64,000 nt of DNA, from NCBI GenBank assembly GCA_002380425.1, contig DFUR01000035.1, forward strand, positions 27,668 to 91,667, given 5' to 3'. Under the pieces are notes generated by a model. It saw only the letters and a list, made by a program, of their open reading frames with translations, was not told the origin of the DNA and did not search any database. Positions 10,301 through 19,621 of the stretch are shown in pieces (position 1 is the first letter of the stretch; every line of letters begins with the position of its first letter). Both the position numbers and the translations under genes were made by a program. The DNA is from Bacteroidales bacterium UBA4181. Its GTDB lineage: Bacteria; Bacteroidota; Bacteroidia; Bacteroidales; UBA4181.

Positions 10301-11579
10301 TCCCGATGAGCAGATCGTAATAACTCATATCGAAGATGCCGTCCTTGCCGTTGAGGTAACAGGGAACAAACATCACCTTCACCCTTGACCCAGAGCCGTT
10401 CGACAGCCCTGCATCGTGAATGGCCTTAAGAATGGGGTCAAAGTCAGCATCATGAAGGTCGTGGGTGAGCACATGCCCGTCCTGATGACTCTCAGCAACT
10501 CCTGAGAGGATTTGCTGCAAATCCTTGCGCGGCCCGTAGTGGTTGGCGGGGATCAGTACCAGTGCAACGATATCCCTGGTTAGGTCCTCTCTTTGAGAGA
10601 GTTTACCCAGGGCCTGAATGAACAGGTCAATCCCTTTGTTTTTGAACTCATATCGTCCGCTGTTGGCAACGAACAGCGGGTTTTGAGGAGCGGAGCCAAA
10701 CAGGGCATGTGCCACAGCGGTGAGTTTGTTCCGGGCCGCTTCGCGTTTCTGGCCAAAGAGTTCACCCTGAGGGACAAAGGAGTCCTCAAATCCATTTGGA
10801 GTGACCACATCCACCTTCTTGTCCAGGAAATGCGCGCATTCCCGGGCTGTGATTTCACTCACCGTCGTGAAGGCATCCGCATGACGTGCCGACAATTTCT
10901 CCAGAGAGAACTTGGCTGTGACGCCAAACTCAGCAGCTCTGACGTCGGGGTTGAATTGTTCCATCTCGCTGTACAGCGGCAGGTGGTTCCCGGCCAGGCA
11001 ACGGCCCAGCACAGTGGCGTGGGTCGTGAAGATGGTCCCGATATGGGGCATCTCGGATTTCAGATACAACAAACCGGTACCGGTCATCCACTCGTGGAAT
11101 TGTGCAACAACCTTGTCCCGGATACTGAGATGGAAACGCACGAAGCTTTCAATCACTTTAGCTGCAGCGTATCCGAACAGGGCGGGTTCGATGTAGTCCC
11201 AGTGCCCCGAAAGAGAGTCCAGTTTGTACTGCTCCCAAAAGCGGGCAAAAATGGCATCCTTTTGTGGGGTGAAGGACTGGAAGTCCACAATCACGGCTAC
11301 GGGATTCCCGGCGATATTCCAGCGTCCGATGTGTATGTGCAGCCCCTCCTCGGAGGCCCTTGCCTTCCAGGAACGAAAGAGCTGGGGGTCCTCCATAAAC
11401 TCGGGGTTCTCTGAGGTGTCCCGCCAGACATCGGGTCCAATCAGGATATAATTGCTTCTGAACTGGTTGACCAGAGTGAGGGCTTTGGTGGAGATTACAG
11501 TGTGTATGCCACCAACCTTGTTGCACACTTCCCAGCTGGTTTCAAAAATATAATCGGGGGCAAGAAGATGCTGATTCAT
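7335..11579 (-). CDS. Fusion protein: GT3-type glycogen (starch) synthase (N-terminal ~540 aa) joined to a GT35 alpha-glucan phosphorylase (C-terminal ~840 aa).
   Basis: A single uninterrupted 1414-aa ORF. The N-terminal part carries ETSWEVCNKVGGIHTV and YYEPWGYTPLES. The C-terminal part carries the DUF3417-like LWWCWNPEAEELF, GGLGILAGDYLKEASD, and the PLP-lysine region FAGKAHPADKAGQDLIK. The linker is roughly aa 540-575 (nt 9857-9962). Confidence 0.85.
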   Translation of the reverse strand: MNQHLLAPDYIFETSWEVCNKVGGIHTVISTKALTLVNQFRSNYILIGPDVWRDTSENPEFMEDPQLFRSWKARASEEGLHIHIGRWNIAGNPVAVIVDFQSFTPQKDAIFARFWEQYKLDSLSGHWDYIEPALFGYAAAKVIESFVRFHLSIRDKVVAQFHEWMTGTGLLYLKSEMPHIGTIFTTHATVLGRCLAGNHLPLYSEMEQFNPDVRAAEFGVTAKFSLEKLSARHADAFTTVSEITARECAHFLDKKVDVVTPNGFEDSFVPQGELFGQKREAARNKLTAVAHALFGSAPQNPLFVANSGRYEFKNKGIDLFIQALGKLSQREDLTRDIVALVLIPANHYGPRKDLQQILSGVAESHQDGHVLTHDLHDADFDPILKAIHDAGLSNGSGSRVKVMFVPCYLNGKDGIFDMSYYDLLIGMDLTVFPSYYEPWGYTPLESVAFHIPTVTTSLAGFGLWVEQKCPEAGEATIVIPRTDTNDRECVDAIEAGILQMSHAQEAEISQWRQKAFEVSRTALWKNIITYYFEAFSKAVANIEPALQQMATRETPAEVLPSVEKPATDVTPKWKRLLVDKNIPENLKALEELANNLWWCWNPEAEELFASIDPGLWEQTVNPLRFLDQIPYDRLVTLEKDAAYTSRLKQVYDKFQDYMAGKQKQEGPQIAYFSMEYGLHNSLKIYSGGLGILAGDYLKEASDLNVRMSAVGLLYRFGYFRQLISANGEQVAVHDAQDFAKIPAIPMRDKDGNWTTIGIVFPGRTLKARVWKVEVGRVDLYLLDTDFEDNTEADRSITHHLYGGGEENRFKQEMLLGIGGIRALRVMGVRADVYHCNEGHAAFIGLERLYEYIRQRNLTFSEALEIVRASSLFTTHTPVPAGHDSFEENMLRMYLSHYPQKLKISWAQFMSLGRVGTNNPHERFSMSFLAANLSQEVNGVSRLHGRVSQEILAPMWPGYLPQENHVGYVTNGVHFPTWTSKSWRALYTKYMGEGFLTHQLDQNLWNRIFDVPDGEIWSLRNQLRHELINYIKRAIRSSSEIRHERPRYLIEISEQLNPKILTIGFARRFATYKRAHLLFRNLDRLSELVNNPEMPVQFLFAGKAHPADKAGQDLIKMIVEISKKPEFRGKILFLQNYNMNLAHQLVSGVDVWLNTPTRPLEASGTSGEKVVMNGGLHFSVLDGWWAEGYREDAGWMLPEENTYDNEDVQNELDSEQIYSIIESEIAPLFYNRNKEGVPEGWVKYIKNSIALVASRFTTTRMFRDYMDQYYTPLFERRNKIIAEDYALAKELSAWKKKISRSWDSIEVLSVKTPDITREPIVAGKVYPSEVVLDLNELSPEDIGVECVLVGVASRHQPAQSVHTQELSLTSILGKTAVYQAGLKPQSAGVFDLGIRIFPKHAGLPHRQDFSIVRWI

Positions 11580-11744
11580 AGAGGAGATATTAAGTTCCGG
11601 GCCCCGGCACGCTCCGCAGATCTCTCGACACTAAACCGTTCCGCACGATATCCAGGCAGGGCCCGGGGGTAAAGGTACAACATTTTGTTTTTATTCAAAA
11701 TCAGGAGCAACCTGAGCTGGTAGTGTTCCAATGTTATCTTTTGT

Positions 11745-11752
11745 TATCTTTG
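11745..11752 (+). promoter_or_regulatory. -7 promoter box (TATCTTTG) for the DUF2271-like gene.
   Basis: Exact TAnnTTTG match 28 nt upstream of ATG 11780. It lies within a tandem duplication GTTATCTTTT/GTTATCTTTG (11733-11752). Confidence 0.45.
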
Positions 11753-11779
11753 GCCAAAACCCTCTTAAAAAATTGGCAT

Positions 11780-12340
11780 ATGAAATCCATTATTTCGCTT
11801 CTGCTCACGCTTGCCTGTACTCTGGTTTTCGCGGGAAATCTCCAGGCTCAGACTGCACCCGAAGGGAAAAAAGTTACGGTGACCTACCAGTGGGTCAGAA
11901 TCCCCGGGCCTGGCAGCAACCAGGTGGCCATATGGGTTGAGGATGTGCGCGGCAGTTATGTCCGCACCTTGTTCGCTACCCGCTACACCGCACAGGGAGG
12001 CTATGTGCGCCGTCCTGTTTCCCTGAGTGAGTGGGTGCAGAAATCCGACTGGAAGAACGCTCCTAAGGAAGAGGTAGATGCGGTTTCGGGCAGTACCCCG
12101 GCTGCTGGTTTGCAGACAGTGACCTGGGATGGCCGCGACCGTACAGGGAAGGTGATGCCTGCAGGTACCTATGTGATTCGCATGGAGGCCAACATTCTGA
12201 ACGAGAAAAAAATGTTCTTCCGTGGCGAGATCTCTGTCGGGGGGGGCAATCAGAAAACCAACGGGAATATCACCTACTCTGAACCAGGCCTGGAGAGCGG
12301 AAATGTGCTGTTCCGGGATGTTGTTGTGGAGTACAAGTAA
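11780..12340 (+). CDS. Secreted protein, DUF2271-like, with a FlgD-Ig-like C-terminal beta-sandwich.
   Basis: The ORF is 11723..12340. The start is placed at ATG 11780, giving signal peptide MKSIISLLLTLACTLVFAGNLQAQ. Also seen: QVAIWVEDVRGSYVRTLF and DAVSGSTPAAG...TWDGRDRTGKVMPAGTYVIRMEA. The family assignment is tentative. Confidence 0.55.
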   Translation: MKSIISLLLTLACTLVFAGNLQAQTAPEGKKVTVTYQWVRIPGPGSNQVAIWVEDVRGSYVRTLFATRYTAQGGYVRRPVSLSEWVQKSDWKNAPKEEVDAVSGSTPAAGLQTVTWDGRDRTGKVMPAGTYVIRMEANILNEKKMFFRGEISVGGGNQKTNGNITYSEPGLESGNVLFRDVVVEYK

Positions 12341-12364
12341 CTTCAACAGGACAGATATATTTTG

Positions 12365-12372
12365 TATCTTTG
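12365..12372 (+). promoter_or_regulatory. -7 promoter box (TATCTTTG) for asnS-rpoN.
   Basis: Exact TAnnTTTG match 35 nt upstream of ATG 12407. Confidence 0.45.
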
Positions 12373-12406
12373 CCCGTAGTTTAAAAGGTTAAAGACAGGT
12401 ACATTT

Positions 12407-13807
12407 ATGGAACAGCCTCAGATTAGGACAAAGATTAGTGAGTTGGTGTATTCCGATGCTTTCGGACAGAATTTTCTGGTAAAAGGGTGGGTCCGGACCA
12501 AGAGAGGCAACAAACATGTTGCCTTTATTGCTCTCAACGATGGCTCCTGTATTCACAATCTGCAGGTGGTCGCTGATGTGGCCGCTTTTGATGAGGAATT
12601 GCTCCGGAATGTCACCACCGGGGCTTGTGTGGCGGTTTGTGGCAAGTTGGTTCCCTCCCAGGGACAGGGGCAGTCGGTGGAGTTGCAGGCAACGTCTATC
12701 TATCTTTACGGCAAGGCCGATCCGGATGTCTATCCGCTCCAGAAGAAGGGACATTCTCTGGAATTCCTCCGTGAGATTGCACATCTCAGGCCCCGAACCC
12801 AGACCTTTGGTGCCATTCTCCGTATCCGGCATGCCATGGCTTTTGCCATCCATAAGTACTTCAACGATCACGGTTTTTTCTATCTGCATACCCCAATTAT
12901 TACGGCTTCGGACTGTGAAGGGGCTGGAGCTATGTTCCAGGTTACCACCCTGAATCTCAGCGAACCCCCCAGAACAGAGTCAGGGGAAGTGGATTATGCA
13001 CAGGATTTTTTCGGAAAGCCTGCCAACCTGACGGTTTCAGGGCAACTCGAAGGCGAGCTGGGGGCTATGGCCCTCGGGGCCATTTACACCTTCGGGCCCA
13101 CGTTCCGGGCCGAGAATTCCAATACCCCCCGTCACCTGTCGGAGTTTTGGATGATTGAGCCGGAGATGGCTTTCTATGAGATTCAGGACAATATGGATCT
13201 GGCTGAGGATTTTTTGAAGTTCCTTATTGCCTACGCTCTGGAGCATTGTGCCGACGACCTGGCATTTCTGGAGAAAATGTATGATGCAGAACTCACGGAC
13301 CGGCTTCGTTTTGTGCTTGACAACCGTTTTGTCCGGCTGTCCTACACCGAGGGGGTGGAGATCCTGCTCCGGTCCGGGGCAAAGTTTGAGTTTCCTGTGT
13401 CCTGGGGTATGGATTTGCAGTCCGAACATGAGCGCTATCTTGTGGAGCAGCACTTTCGGTGTCCGGTGATTCTCACCGATTATCCAAAGGAGATCAAGGC
13501 ATTTTACATGAAGCAGAATACGGACGGGAAAACGGTTCGGGCTATGGATGTGTTGTTCCCCAAGATCGGGGAGATTATCGGAGGTTCCCAGCGGGAGGAG
13601 GATCTGGAAGTGCTGCAGAGGCGCGTTGAAGAGCTTGACTTGCCCCAGAAAGACCTTTGGTGGTATCTGGATACCCGTCGTTTTGGATCGGCCCCGCACA
13701 GCGGGTTCGGTCTGGGATTTGAGCGTTTGTTGCTCTTTGTTACCGGTATGGTCAATATCCGTGATGTGATACCCTTTCCCAGGACCCCAAAAAACGCTGA
13801 CTTCTAA
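12407..13807 (+). CDS. asnS: Asparagine--tRNA ligase.
   Basis: 466 aa, class IIb aaRS. Motifs seen: [55 protein letters not shown]. Confidence 0.95.
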   Translation: MEQPQIRTKISELVYSDAFGQNFLVKGWVRTKRGNKHVAFIALNDGSCIHNLQVVADVAAFDEELLRNVTTGACVAVCGKLVPSQGQGQSVELQATSIYLYGKADPDVYPLQKKGHSLEFLREIAHLRPRTQTFGAILRIRHAMAFAIHKYFNDHGFFYLHTPIITASDCEGAGAMFQVTTLNLSEPPRTESGEVDYAQDFFGKPANLTVSGQLEGELGAMALGAIYTFGPTFRAENSNTPRHLSEFWMIEPEMAFYEIQDNMDLAEDFLKFLIAYALEHCADDLAFLEKMYDAELTDRLRFVLDNRFVRLSYTEGVEILLRSGAKFEFPVSWGMDLQSEHERYLVEQHFRCPVILTDYPKEIKAFYMKQNTDGKTVRAMDVLFPKIGEIIGGSQREEDLEVLQRRVEELDLPQKDLWWYLDTRRFGSAPHSGFGLGFERLLLFVTGMVNIRDVIPFPRTPKNADF

Positions 13808-13809
13808 CC

Positions 13810-15252
13810 ATGCTGCACCAGAGTCTGCAACAACGGCTGATTCAAAAACTTTCTCCCCAGCAGATTCAACTCATCAAATTGCTGGAGATCCCTGCTATGC
13901 AGCTGGAGCAACGTATCAAGGAGGAACTGGAGGAGAATCCAGCTTTGGAGGAGGGAGCTGAACCGGACCCCGATGCTTCTCCTGAAGAACAGGAAACAGC
14001 CAAGGCCGAGGGGGAGGATTTCTCCATTGATGCCTACCTGAATAGTGACATCCCTTCGTACAAGCTGAATGTCAAGAACTACAGTCAGGACGACCAAAAG
14101 ACCGAGATGCCCTTTTCTGCAGGCTCTTCCTTTCACGAAACCCTGTTGTCGCAGTTGGGACTAAGGCCTCTGGAGAAAAGGATTGATCAGCTGGCCAGAT
14201 ACCTTATCGGGAATATTGATGATGATGGTTACCTCAGGCGGAGTCTCGAAGCGGTCGCTGACGATCTGGCGTTCTCCATGGGAATCACCACCAGTGAACA
14301 GGAACTTGAGCGGATTCTGTCGGTCATCCAGGAGTTTGATCCGCCCGGTGTGGGGGCCAGAAACCTTAAGGAGTGTCTGTTGCTTCAGCTTAGAGGACGC
14401 GATGATGTGACCTCCGTTACGGATGCCCGTAGAATCCTGGAGTTGTATTTTGACGAATTCTCCAAGAAGCACTATGATAAAATTCTGGCCCGGATGAACA
14501 TCACCGAGGCCCGGCTCAAGGAGGCCATGGACGAGATCCTTCGGCTGAATCCCAAGCCTGGCGGATCTTTCAGTGATCAGCACCTCAAATCGAGCGAGCA
14601 CATCATCGCTGATTTTATTCTCGAAAACAAGGACGGGGAACTGCAGCTTTCCCTCAATTCCCGGAGTATTCCCGAGTTGAAGGTGAGCCGGATGTACAGC
14701 GAGATGCTCGAGTCGTATCAGTCTAACCGGCGTAATGCCAGCCGACAGGATAGGGAGGCTGTGAGTTTTGTGAAACAAAAACTCGATTCGGCCAAGTGGT
14801 TCATTGATGCCATCAGACAGCGGCAACAAACCCTGACCCTCACCATGAGTGCCATCATTGACTATCAGCGCAAATACTTCCTCAGCGGGGGGGATGAATC
14901 CTTCCTGGTCCCAATGATCCTCAAGGATATTGCTGATAAAACCGGGCTGGATATTTCCACCATTTCGCGGGTGGCCAACAGCAAATACATTCAGACCTAT
15001 TTTGGCCTTTTCCCCCTGAAGTTTTTCTTTTCCGAAGGCCTACAGACCGACTCGGGAGAGGAGGTCTCCACCCGTGAGATCAAAAAGATTCTGCAGGAGT
15101 GTATCGATGCCGAGTCCAAGAGGCGGCCCCTGACCGATGATCAGCTTGCAGAGATATTGCAGGAAAAGGGCTACCTGATAGCCCGTCGTACGGTTGCCAA
15201 ATACAGGGAACAACTGAACATCCCGGTAGCCCGTCTTCGTAAAGAACTCTGA
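13810..15252 (+). CDS. rpoN: RNA polymerase sigma-54 factor.
   Basis: 480 aa. N-terminal region I LQQRLIQKLSPQQIQLIKLLEIP, an acidic region II, and a C-terminal RpoN box ARRTVAKYREQLNIP. The start is 2 nt after the asnS stop. Confidence 0.95.
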   Translation: MLHQSLQQRLIQKLSPQQIQLIKLLEIPAMQLEQRIKEELEENPALEEGAEPDPDASPEEQETAKAEGEDFSIDAYLNSDIPSYKLNVKNYSQDDQKTEMPFSAGSSFHETLLSQLGLRPLEKRIDQLARYLIGNIDDDGYLRRSLEAVADDLAFSMGITTSEQELERILSVIQEFDPPGVGARNLKECLLLQLRGRDDVTSVTDARRILELYFDEFSKKHYDKILARMNITEARLKEAMDEILRLNPKPGGSFSDQHLKSSEHIIADFILENKDGELQLSLNSRSIPELKVSRMYSEMLESYQSNRRNASRQDREAVSFVKQKLDSAKWFIDAIRQRQQTLTLTMSAIIDYQRKYFLSGGDESFLVPMILKDIADKTGLDISTISRVANSKYIQTYFGLFPLKFFFSEGLQTDSGEEVSTREIKKILQECIDAESKRRPLTDDQLAEILQEKGYLIARRTVAKYREQLNIPVARLRKEL

Positions 15253-15282
15253 GAACTACCGGGATGAACAGCAGAGAGAGGG

Positions 15283-16638
15283 TTACACATGCACCCGCTG
15301 CTCCTGCGGAATGATGTCTGTGAGGTCCGCAATCCGGATGGCTTCACCGGTGTCGCAGCTTTTACGGGCTGCAATGCCAATGAGAATGGAGAGTGCCCCG
15401 TCACGTGTGCTGGCGGCCTGACACAGAGGGTCTTCTTTCTTTTTGAGGAAGATTTTGTCGCGCAGCAGCGTATCCCCTCCGCCATGGCCTTCCGCCTGAG
15501 GAACCTTTATGAATTGACGCTCCCCAAAGCAGGGGAACAACACCAGTTCATCGTAGTCCTTTTTCTCCATCGGTTTGCTTTCCTCAATCCAGGCATCGAG
15601 CCGTCCCTTGGTGCCGTTGAAGGCAATCCGGTATCCCTCGTAGGGAGAGTAGGCGGTGCAGGAATAACTCACCTGGACGCCGTTAGCATATTTGATGGTG
15701 GCCGCCATTTTGTCGAAGATGTCAATGTCTTCCTTGAAGACGCAGCCGTCCCGAAGGTAGCCGTCGTATTTCTCATTGTTCACGTACAAATCAACAAGAC
15801 GTTGGTTCTTGGTGATGTCCCAGAAGAAATTGCAGTTGGCGGTTTGGGGGCAACTCCTGCAATTGTTGGCCCGGAAGGGCCCCTTTTTGCCGTAAAAATC
15901 CAGAGAGCCGGCGGCAAATACCTCGGTAGGATCGCTGTCAATCCACCAGTTCAACAGGTCAAAATGGTGGGTGGCTTTGTGGACCCACAGCGATCCGCCC
16001 TGAGAGCGAAGCCTGTGCCAGCGTCGGAAGTAATCTGCACCGTGGCTGGTATCCAGATACCAGTGAAAATCTACGGAGGTAAGTTCCCCGATAGCTCCCT
16101 CGCGCAGCAACTCCCACATTTTGGCGCGGTGGGGAGAATAACGATAGTTGAAGGTGACAATCACTTTCTTCTTGTACTTTTTCTCGGCATCGAGAATGGC
16201 CTGACATTTCACCTCATCGGTGGTCATGGGTTTCTCGGTCAGGATATCGGCACCCATTTCCATGCCCTTGATGATAAACTGATCGTGGGTGGCATCAACC
16301 GTTGTGACAATCAGCAAATCGGGCTGGGTCTCGCGCATCATCTGCTCGAAATCCGTGAAGGTAGGACAAGTGACATTCATGGTTTTCAGGGCCAGCTCCA
16401 AACGACCAGGGTTGATGTCACACAGGCCGACGAACTCAATTTGTTCGCTGTAATCACGCACGATATCGCTGCCCCACATGCTGGTTCCCCGGATTCCGGT
16501 ACCCACCATGGCCACTTTGGTCTTTCCACCCAGCACAGCGCAGGAGACGGGAATGGAACTCAGGGCTACGGTTCCGGCAACAGCGGTGCCCGTGGTGGTC
16601 AGGAACTCGCGGCGGCTAACTGATGATTGTTCTTCCAT
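15283..16638 (-). CDS. TAT-exported Gfo/Idh/MocA-family NAD(P)-dependent oxidoreductase.
   Basis: 451 aa. A twin-arginine signal SRREFLTTTGTAVAG is followed by a Rossmann motif VAMVGTGIRG. A cysteine cluster CRSCPQTANC is present. Confidence 0.8.
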   Translation of the reverse strand: MEEQSSVSRREFLTTTGTAVAGTVALSSIPVSCAVLGGKTKVAMVGTGIRGTSMWGSDIVRDYSEQIEFVGLCDINPGRLELALKTMNVTCPTFTDFEQMMRETQPDLLIVTTVDATHDQFIIKGMEMGADILTEKPMTTDEVKCQAILDAEKKYKKKVIVTFNYRYSPHRAKMWELLREGAIGELTSVDFHWYLDTSHGADYFRRWHRLRSQGGSLWVHKATHHFDLLNWWIDSDPTEVFAAGSLDFYGKKGPFRANNCRSCPQTANCNFFWDITKNQRLVDLYVNNEKYDGYLRDGCVFKEDIDIFDKMAATIKYANGVQVSYSCTAYSPYEGYRIAFNGTKGRLDAWIEESKPMEKKDYDELVLFPCFGERQFIKVPQAEGHGGGDTLLRDKIFLKKKEDPLCQAASTRDGALSILIGIAARKSCDTGEAIRIADLTDIIPQEQRVHV

Positions 16639-16678
16639 AATGATGATGTTAGGTTGAGTGAAGTAATGTGTCTGGATT

Positions 16679-19561
16679 TCAGGGTTTTGTGGCTTGCTGT
16701 TTCAGCTCGTCAGGACTGTCCGTAGTGAATGTTCGGATTTTCTCGCCCTCCTTGAGAAACAGGTTTCGGATGACCGAAATGTCCACGGACTGTCCCGGGG
16801 CAAATTTAGCCGAGTTCATATAGGAGAGCAAGCTGTACCGGAGTTGCCTTGCAACAATCCGGGTATCCGGTTCGCTGGTGATATCGGCACTGCACACCAT
16901 AATTTTCCCCTTGCCGACCTGTGCTTCGAACAACAGGCCTAATTTTCGGTTGAGGAACCAAGTGTCAATGGGTTGGACCAGGGGCTGGAATCCTTTGGGG
17001 AAATCAGTCAGTTGCATACATTGCTGGCGGTTGATCAACTCCCACCACTGGATGTTTCCCCAGAAGTCGGTTGGGAAACGTTCAAAAGCAGGGTGTTCCG
17101 ACTGGATGAGAACCCCGGTGGTGTGGGGTGCTCTCATCTTGAACCACGAGGTATTCCAGAACACAGGGGTGAACTGCTGAGCCACCTCTTTACCGTACTC
17201 CACCTTCCCGGCAGCAAGCAGGAGGACCTTGCCGCCTTTACGGAGAGCCTGCTCGGCAGCTTCATCCAGAGATGAGGTAATCAGCACCTCAGAGTCAGTT
17301 TCCGGAAGGGCACGGGGATACACCCATATCTCCCAGTCATTCAGGGCTTCAGTCCCTTCGATGCTGACCTCAATCCTGAGTTTTACAGGAGTGCTCAGGC
17401 CTTTGAGCGGAATCTCAATGGAGCCGAGAGGGATGCAGTTGCCAACGGGAATATCCCGGGCAGGCAGCGTGCCCTGTCGGATTGCCTTCCCCCTTTCGTC
17501 CAGCAACCTCCATCGCGGACGGGCGCCCGTGATGGGTTTTGCACCGAAGTGGGCCACTTCGGCCGTGGCGGCAAATGTTTCATCGTCGGTGTACACAAAT
17601 TTGGATGTCCGCATCAGGGGAACTGTGGGGCTGCAGAATTTTCGGAACTCCTCGGCCCGGATATAACCTTTTTCGTCCCAGAAAGCGTCAACGACTCCGA
17701 CAATGGCTGAGCCCTGTCCGGAATAGTCGTTCAGGCACAGCAACTGGAAGCCGGCGTAACGAGCGGTGCGCAGCCCTTTCTCAATCTCGTGCTTGTAGCA
17801 CAGGGCCTGCAACTTGCCCGATGCCATCAGGAAGTCGGCTCCCAGAGCACCCATATCGCTGTCCGAGAGATCCTCCTGAAATAGTTCGAAGTTGCGGGCG
17901 CGCATGACCCCTGTGTATTTGGGTATCTCCCTGAAATTGGGGAATGCGCACCATTGGCCCATCTCGTGGGTAACAAAAGGAATACTGATGGTGTCAATCT
18001 GACGGAGGAAATCGGAGTTGGTCTCAGGTCTTGCACCCCACGCCAACCCCCGGACTCCGGCCCGGACGTGGTACTCGTTTCCGATTTGCCACGGCCAGCT
18101 TCCACCGACGGAGGCGCCAGCATACACCCTGCGGGAATCCCTTTCTTTCCAGAACTTCACAAACTGTGTCATCCAGGCCACGCCGCCTCTGGGCTCGTTT
18201 CCGGCGGTGAGCATACAGAAGGAGGGTGAGTTGCCATAATAACGTTCCATTCTTTGGGTCTCATCGTAGAGGTACTGGTCGATGGGAAGTCTTGATCCCA
18301 GAGAGGTGCTGTGGTTGGGCCACGAGGGCCCTTCGGGTTGGAGGTAGAAGCCCACCAGGTCGGCCGCAAGGAAGGCAGCTTCGGGCGGGCAGTAGGAGTG
18401 GAACCTCATGTGGTTCAGGCCAAAGCTTCGGCAGACACGGAACACTCTTTCCCAGTCGGAAATGGTCACAGGGGGATATCCGGTGCGGGGGAAGACACAG
18501 TTTTCAACGGTGCCTCTCAGGAAAGTTTCCCGTCCATTGATGAAAAATCGAGTGCCAATAATCTTGAATTCACGCATCCCAAACTGGACCATGCATGTGT
18601 CGGATTCACCCGAAGGCAGGGTAAGCACGGCCTGCAGACGGTACAGGGCGGGGTCAAACTCGTCCCAGGTAAGGAAGTCATTTCCCATAGGTATGGCCAG
18701 AGCACACTCGTTGTTCCCTTCCTTAAAGGTGAAGGCGGCCGAAACCGGGGCAGGAGCATGGGTGCGCGAGGAGTTGAAACTGGTGGCTGACAAGGTCAGG
18801 GTTCCCTTTCCGGGTAGAGCACCGGGTGCATGCACCGTGGCGACAACCCGGGCGGACTTCCCGGCCAGGTCAGGATACACCTGAACCTGATCCAGATACA
18901 CCTGGTTCCGTGCCACAAGGGCCATCTTTCCTACCACTCCGTTCCAGTTGCCCTGTGTCTGATCGGAGACACTGTGAGAGTTGAGGCCCACATCGATCAC
19001 CTTCAGGCGGTTGTCAATGCGCAGAGCCAGAGTGTGTTCCCCAGAAGAGAGCTTTCCCGTGAGGTCGTATTCGTGCGGGGTGCTCAGGCTGTACTGCCTG
19101 CCCAGTTCCACTCCGTCCAGAAACAGGCGCGATTCAGTGTGAACCCGTTCCAGAAAGAGGCTTACCGAAAGCCCCTTCCAGTCAGCAGGGATGTTGATCT
19201 TCCGGACATACCATGCCACCCCGACATAATGCTTCTCAGGGGTGAGCATAAACGGGATTTTGATATTGCCCGGTTCCCGGAATTTTGCCAGACGGGGGGT
19301 GTAATAAAAGGAACTGTCGTACACACTCCCGGTCCAGGGGGTCTTCAGGGTGATGTCCAAACCCTTGCCCCGCTCGGGCATAGAGCCCGGGAGATACATG
19401 GTTTCCGAAAAGGATCCGCGGGACCAACCCTCGGTGATGCCCACATCTTCGGGATCCATACGAAATTGCCAGGGGCCGTTGAGTGGGATGGCTGCCGGGC
19501 GGGCAGCGACAAAAAGAGTGCTTGCAGCGAGTGCAAGGGCAAGAAAAGAGGTTCTGTTCAT
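16679..19561 (-). CDS. Glycoside hydrolase family 2 protein (beta-galactosidase/beta-mannosidase-like), secreted.
   Basis: The ORF is 16679..19585. The start is placed at ATG 19561, giving signal peptide MNRTSFLALALAASTLFVA. The GH2 N-terminal sugar-binding pattern is seen (LNGPWQFR..., YVGVAWYVRK, LFLDGVELG). The TIM-barrel region shows FFINGRETFLRG, NHMRFHSYCPPEAAF, LTAGNEP. Confidence 0.8.
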   Translation of the reverse strand: MNRTSFLALALAASTLFVAARPAAIPLNGPWQFRMDPEDVGITEGWSRGSFSETMYLPGSMPERGKGLDITLKTPWTGSVYDSSFYYTPRLAKFREPGNIKIPFMLTPEKHYVGVAWYVRKINIPADWKGLSVSLFLERVHTESRLFLDGVELGRQYSLSTPHEYDLTGKLSSGEHTLALRIDNRLKVIDVGLNSHSVSDQTQGNWNGVVGKMALVARNQVYLDQVQVYPDLAGKSARVVATVHAPGALPGKGTLTLSATSFNSSRTHAPAPVSAAFTFKEGNNECALAIPMGNDFLTWDEFDPALYRLQAVLTLPSGESDTCMVQFGMREFKIIGTRFFINGRETFLRGTVENCVFPRTGYPPVTISDWERVFRVCRSFGLNHMRFHSYCPPEAAFLAADLVGFYLQPEGPSWPNHSTSLGSRLPIDQYLYDETQRMERYYGNSPSFCMLTAGNEPRGGVAWMTQFVKFWKERDSRRVYAGASVGGSWPWQIGNEYHVRAGVRGLAWGARPETNSDFLRQIDTISIPFVTHEMGQWCAFPNFREIPKYTGVMRARNFELFQEDLSDSDMGALGADFLMASGKLQALCYKHEIEKGLRTARYAGFQLLCLNDYSGQGSAIVGVVDAFWDEKGYIRAEEFRKFCSPTVPLMRTSKFVYTDDETFAATAEVAHFGAKPITGARPRWRLLDERGKAIRQGTLPARDIPVGNCIPLGSIEIPLKGLSTPVKLRIEVSIEGTEALNDWEIWVYPRALPETDSEVLITSSLDEAAEQALRKGGKVLLLAAGKVEYGKEVAQQFTPVFWNTSWFKMRAPHTTGVLIQSEHPAFERFPTDFWGNIQWWELINRQQCMQLTDFPKGFQPLVQPIDTWFLNRKLGLLFEAQVGKGKIMVCSADITSEPDTRIVARQLRYSLLSYMNSAKFAPGQSVDISVIRNLFLKEGEKIRTFTTDSPDELKQQATKP

Positions 19562-19621
19562 AAGGCGTTGTAAACGAACCTCCAATCTAGTGAGTTTTTT
19601 TTAAACCAGCAAGGATTTGGG

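Noticed and set aside
11599-11620. A sigma-54 (-24/-12) promoter candidate GGCAC...GCA, looked for because rpoN is in the window. TGGCAC hits at about 23265, 27995 and 35840 were also considered.
   Set aside because: The GG-to-GC spacing is wrong at 11599-11611, and the other TGGCAC matches are inside coding regions without a TTGC element at the right distance.
15289-16623. A 444-aa ORF on the + strand covering almost the whole oxidoreductase gene in antisense.
   Set aside because: The minus-strand frame has a TAT signal, a Rossmann motif and a coherent domain order. The + frame is Gly/Pro/Val/Ala/His-rich low-complexity sequence typical of a shadow ORF in GC3-rich genes, and it has no promoter box.
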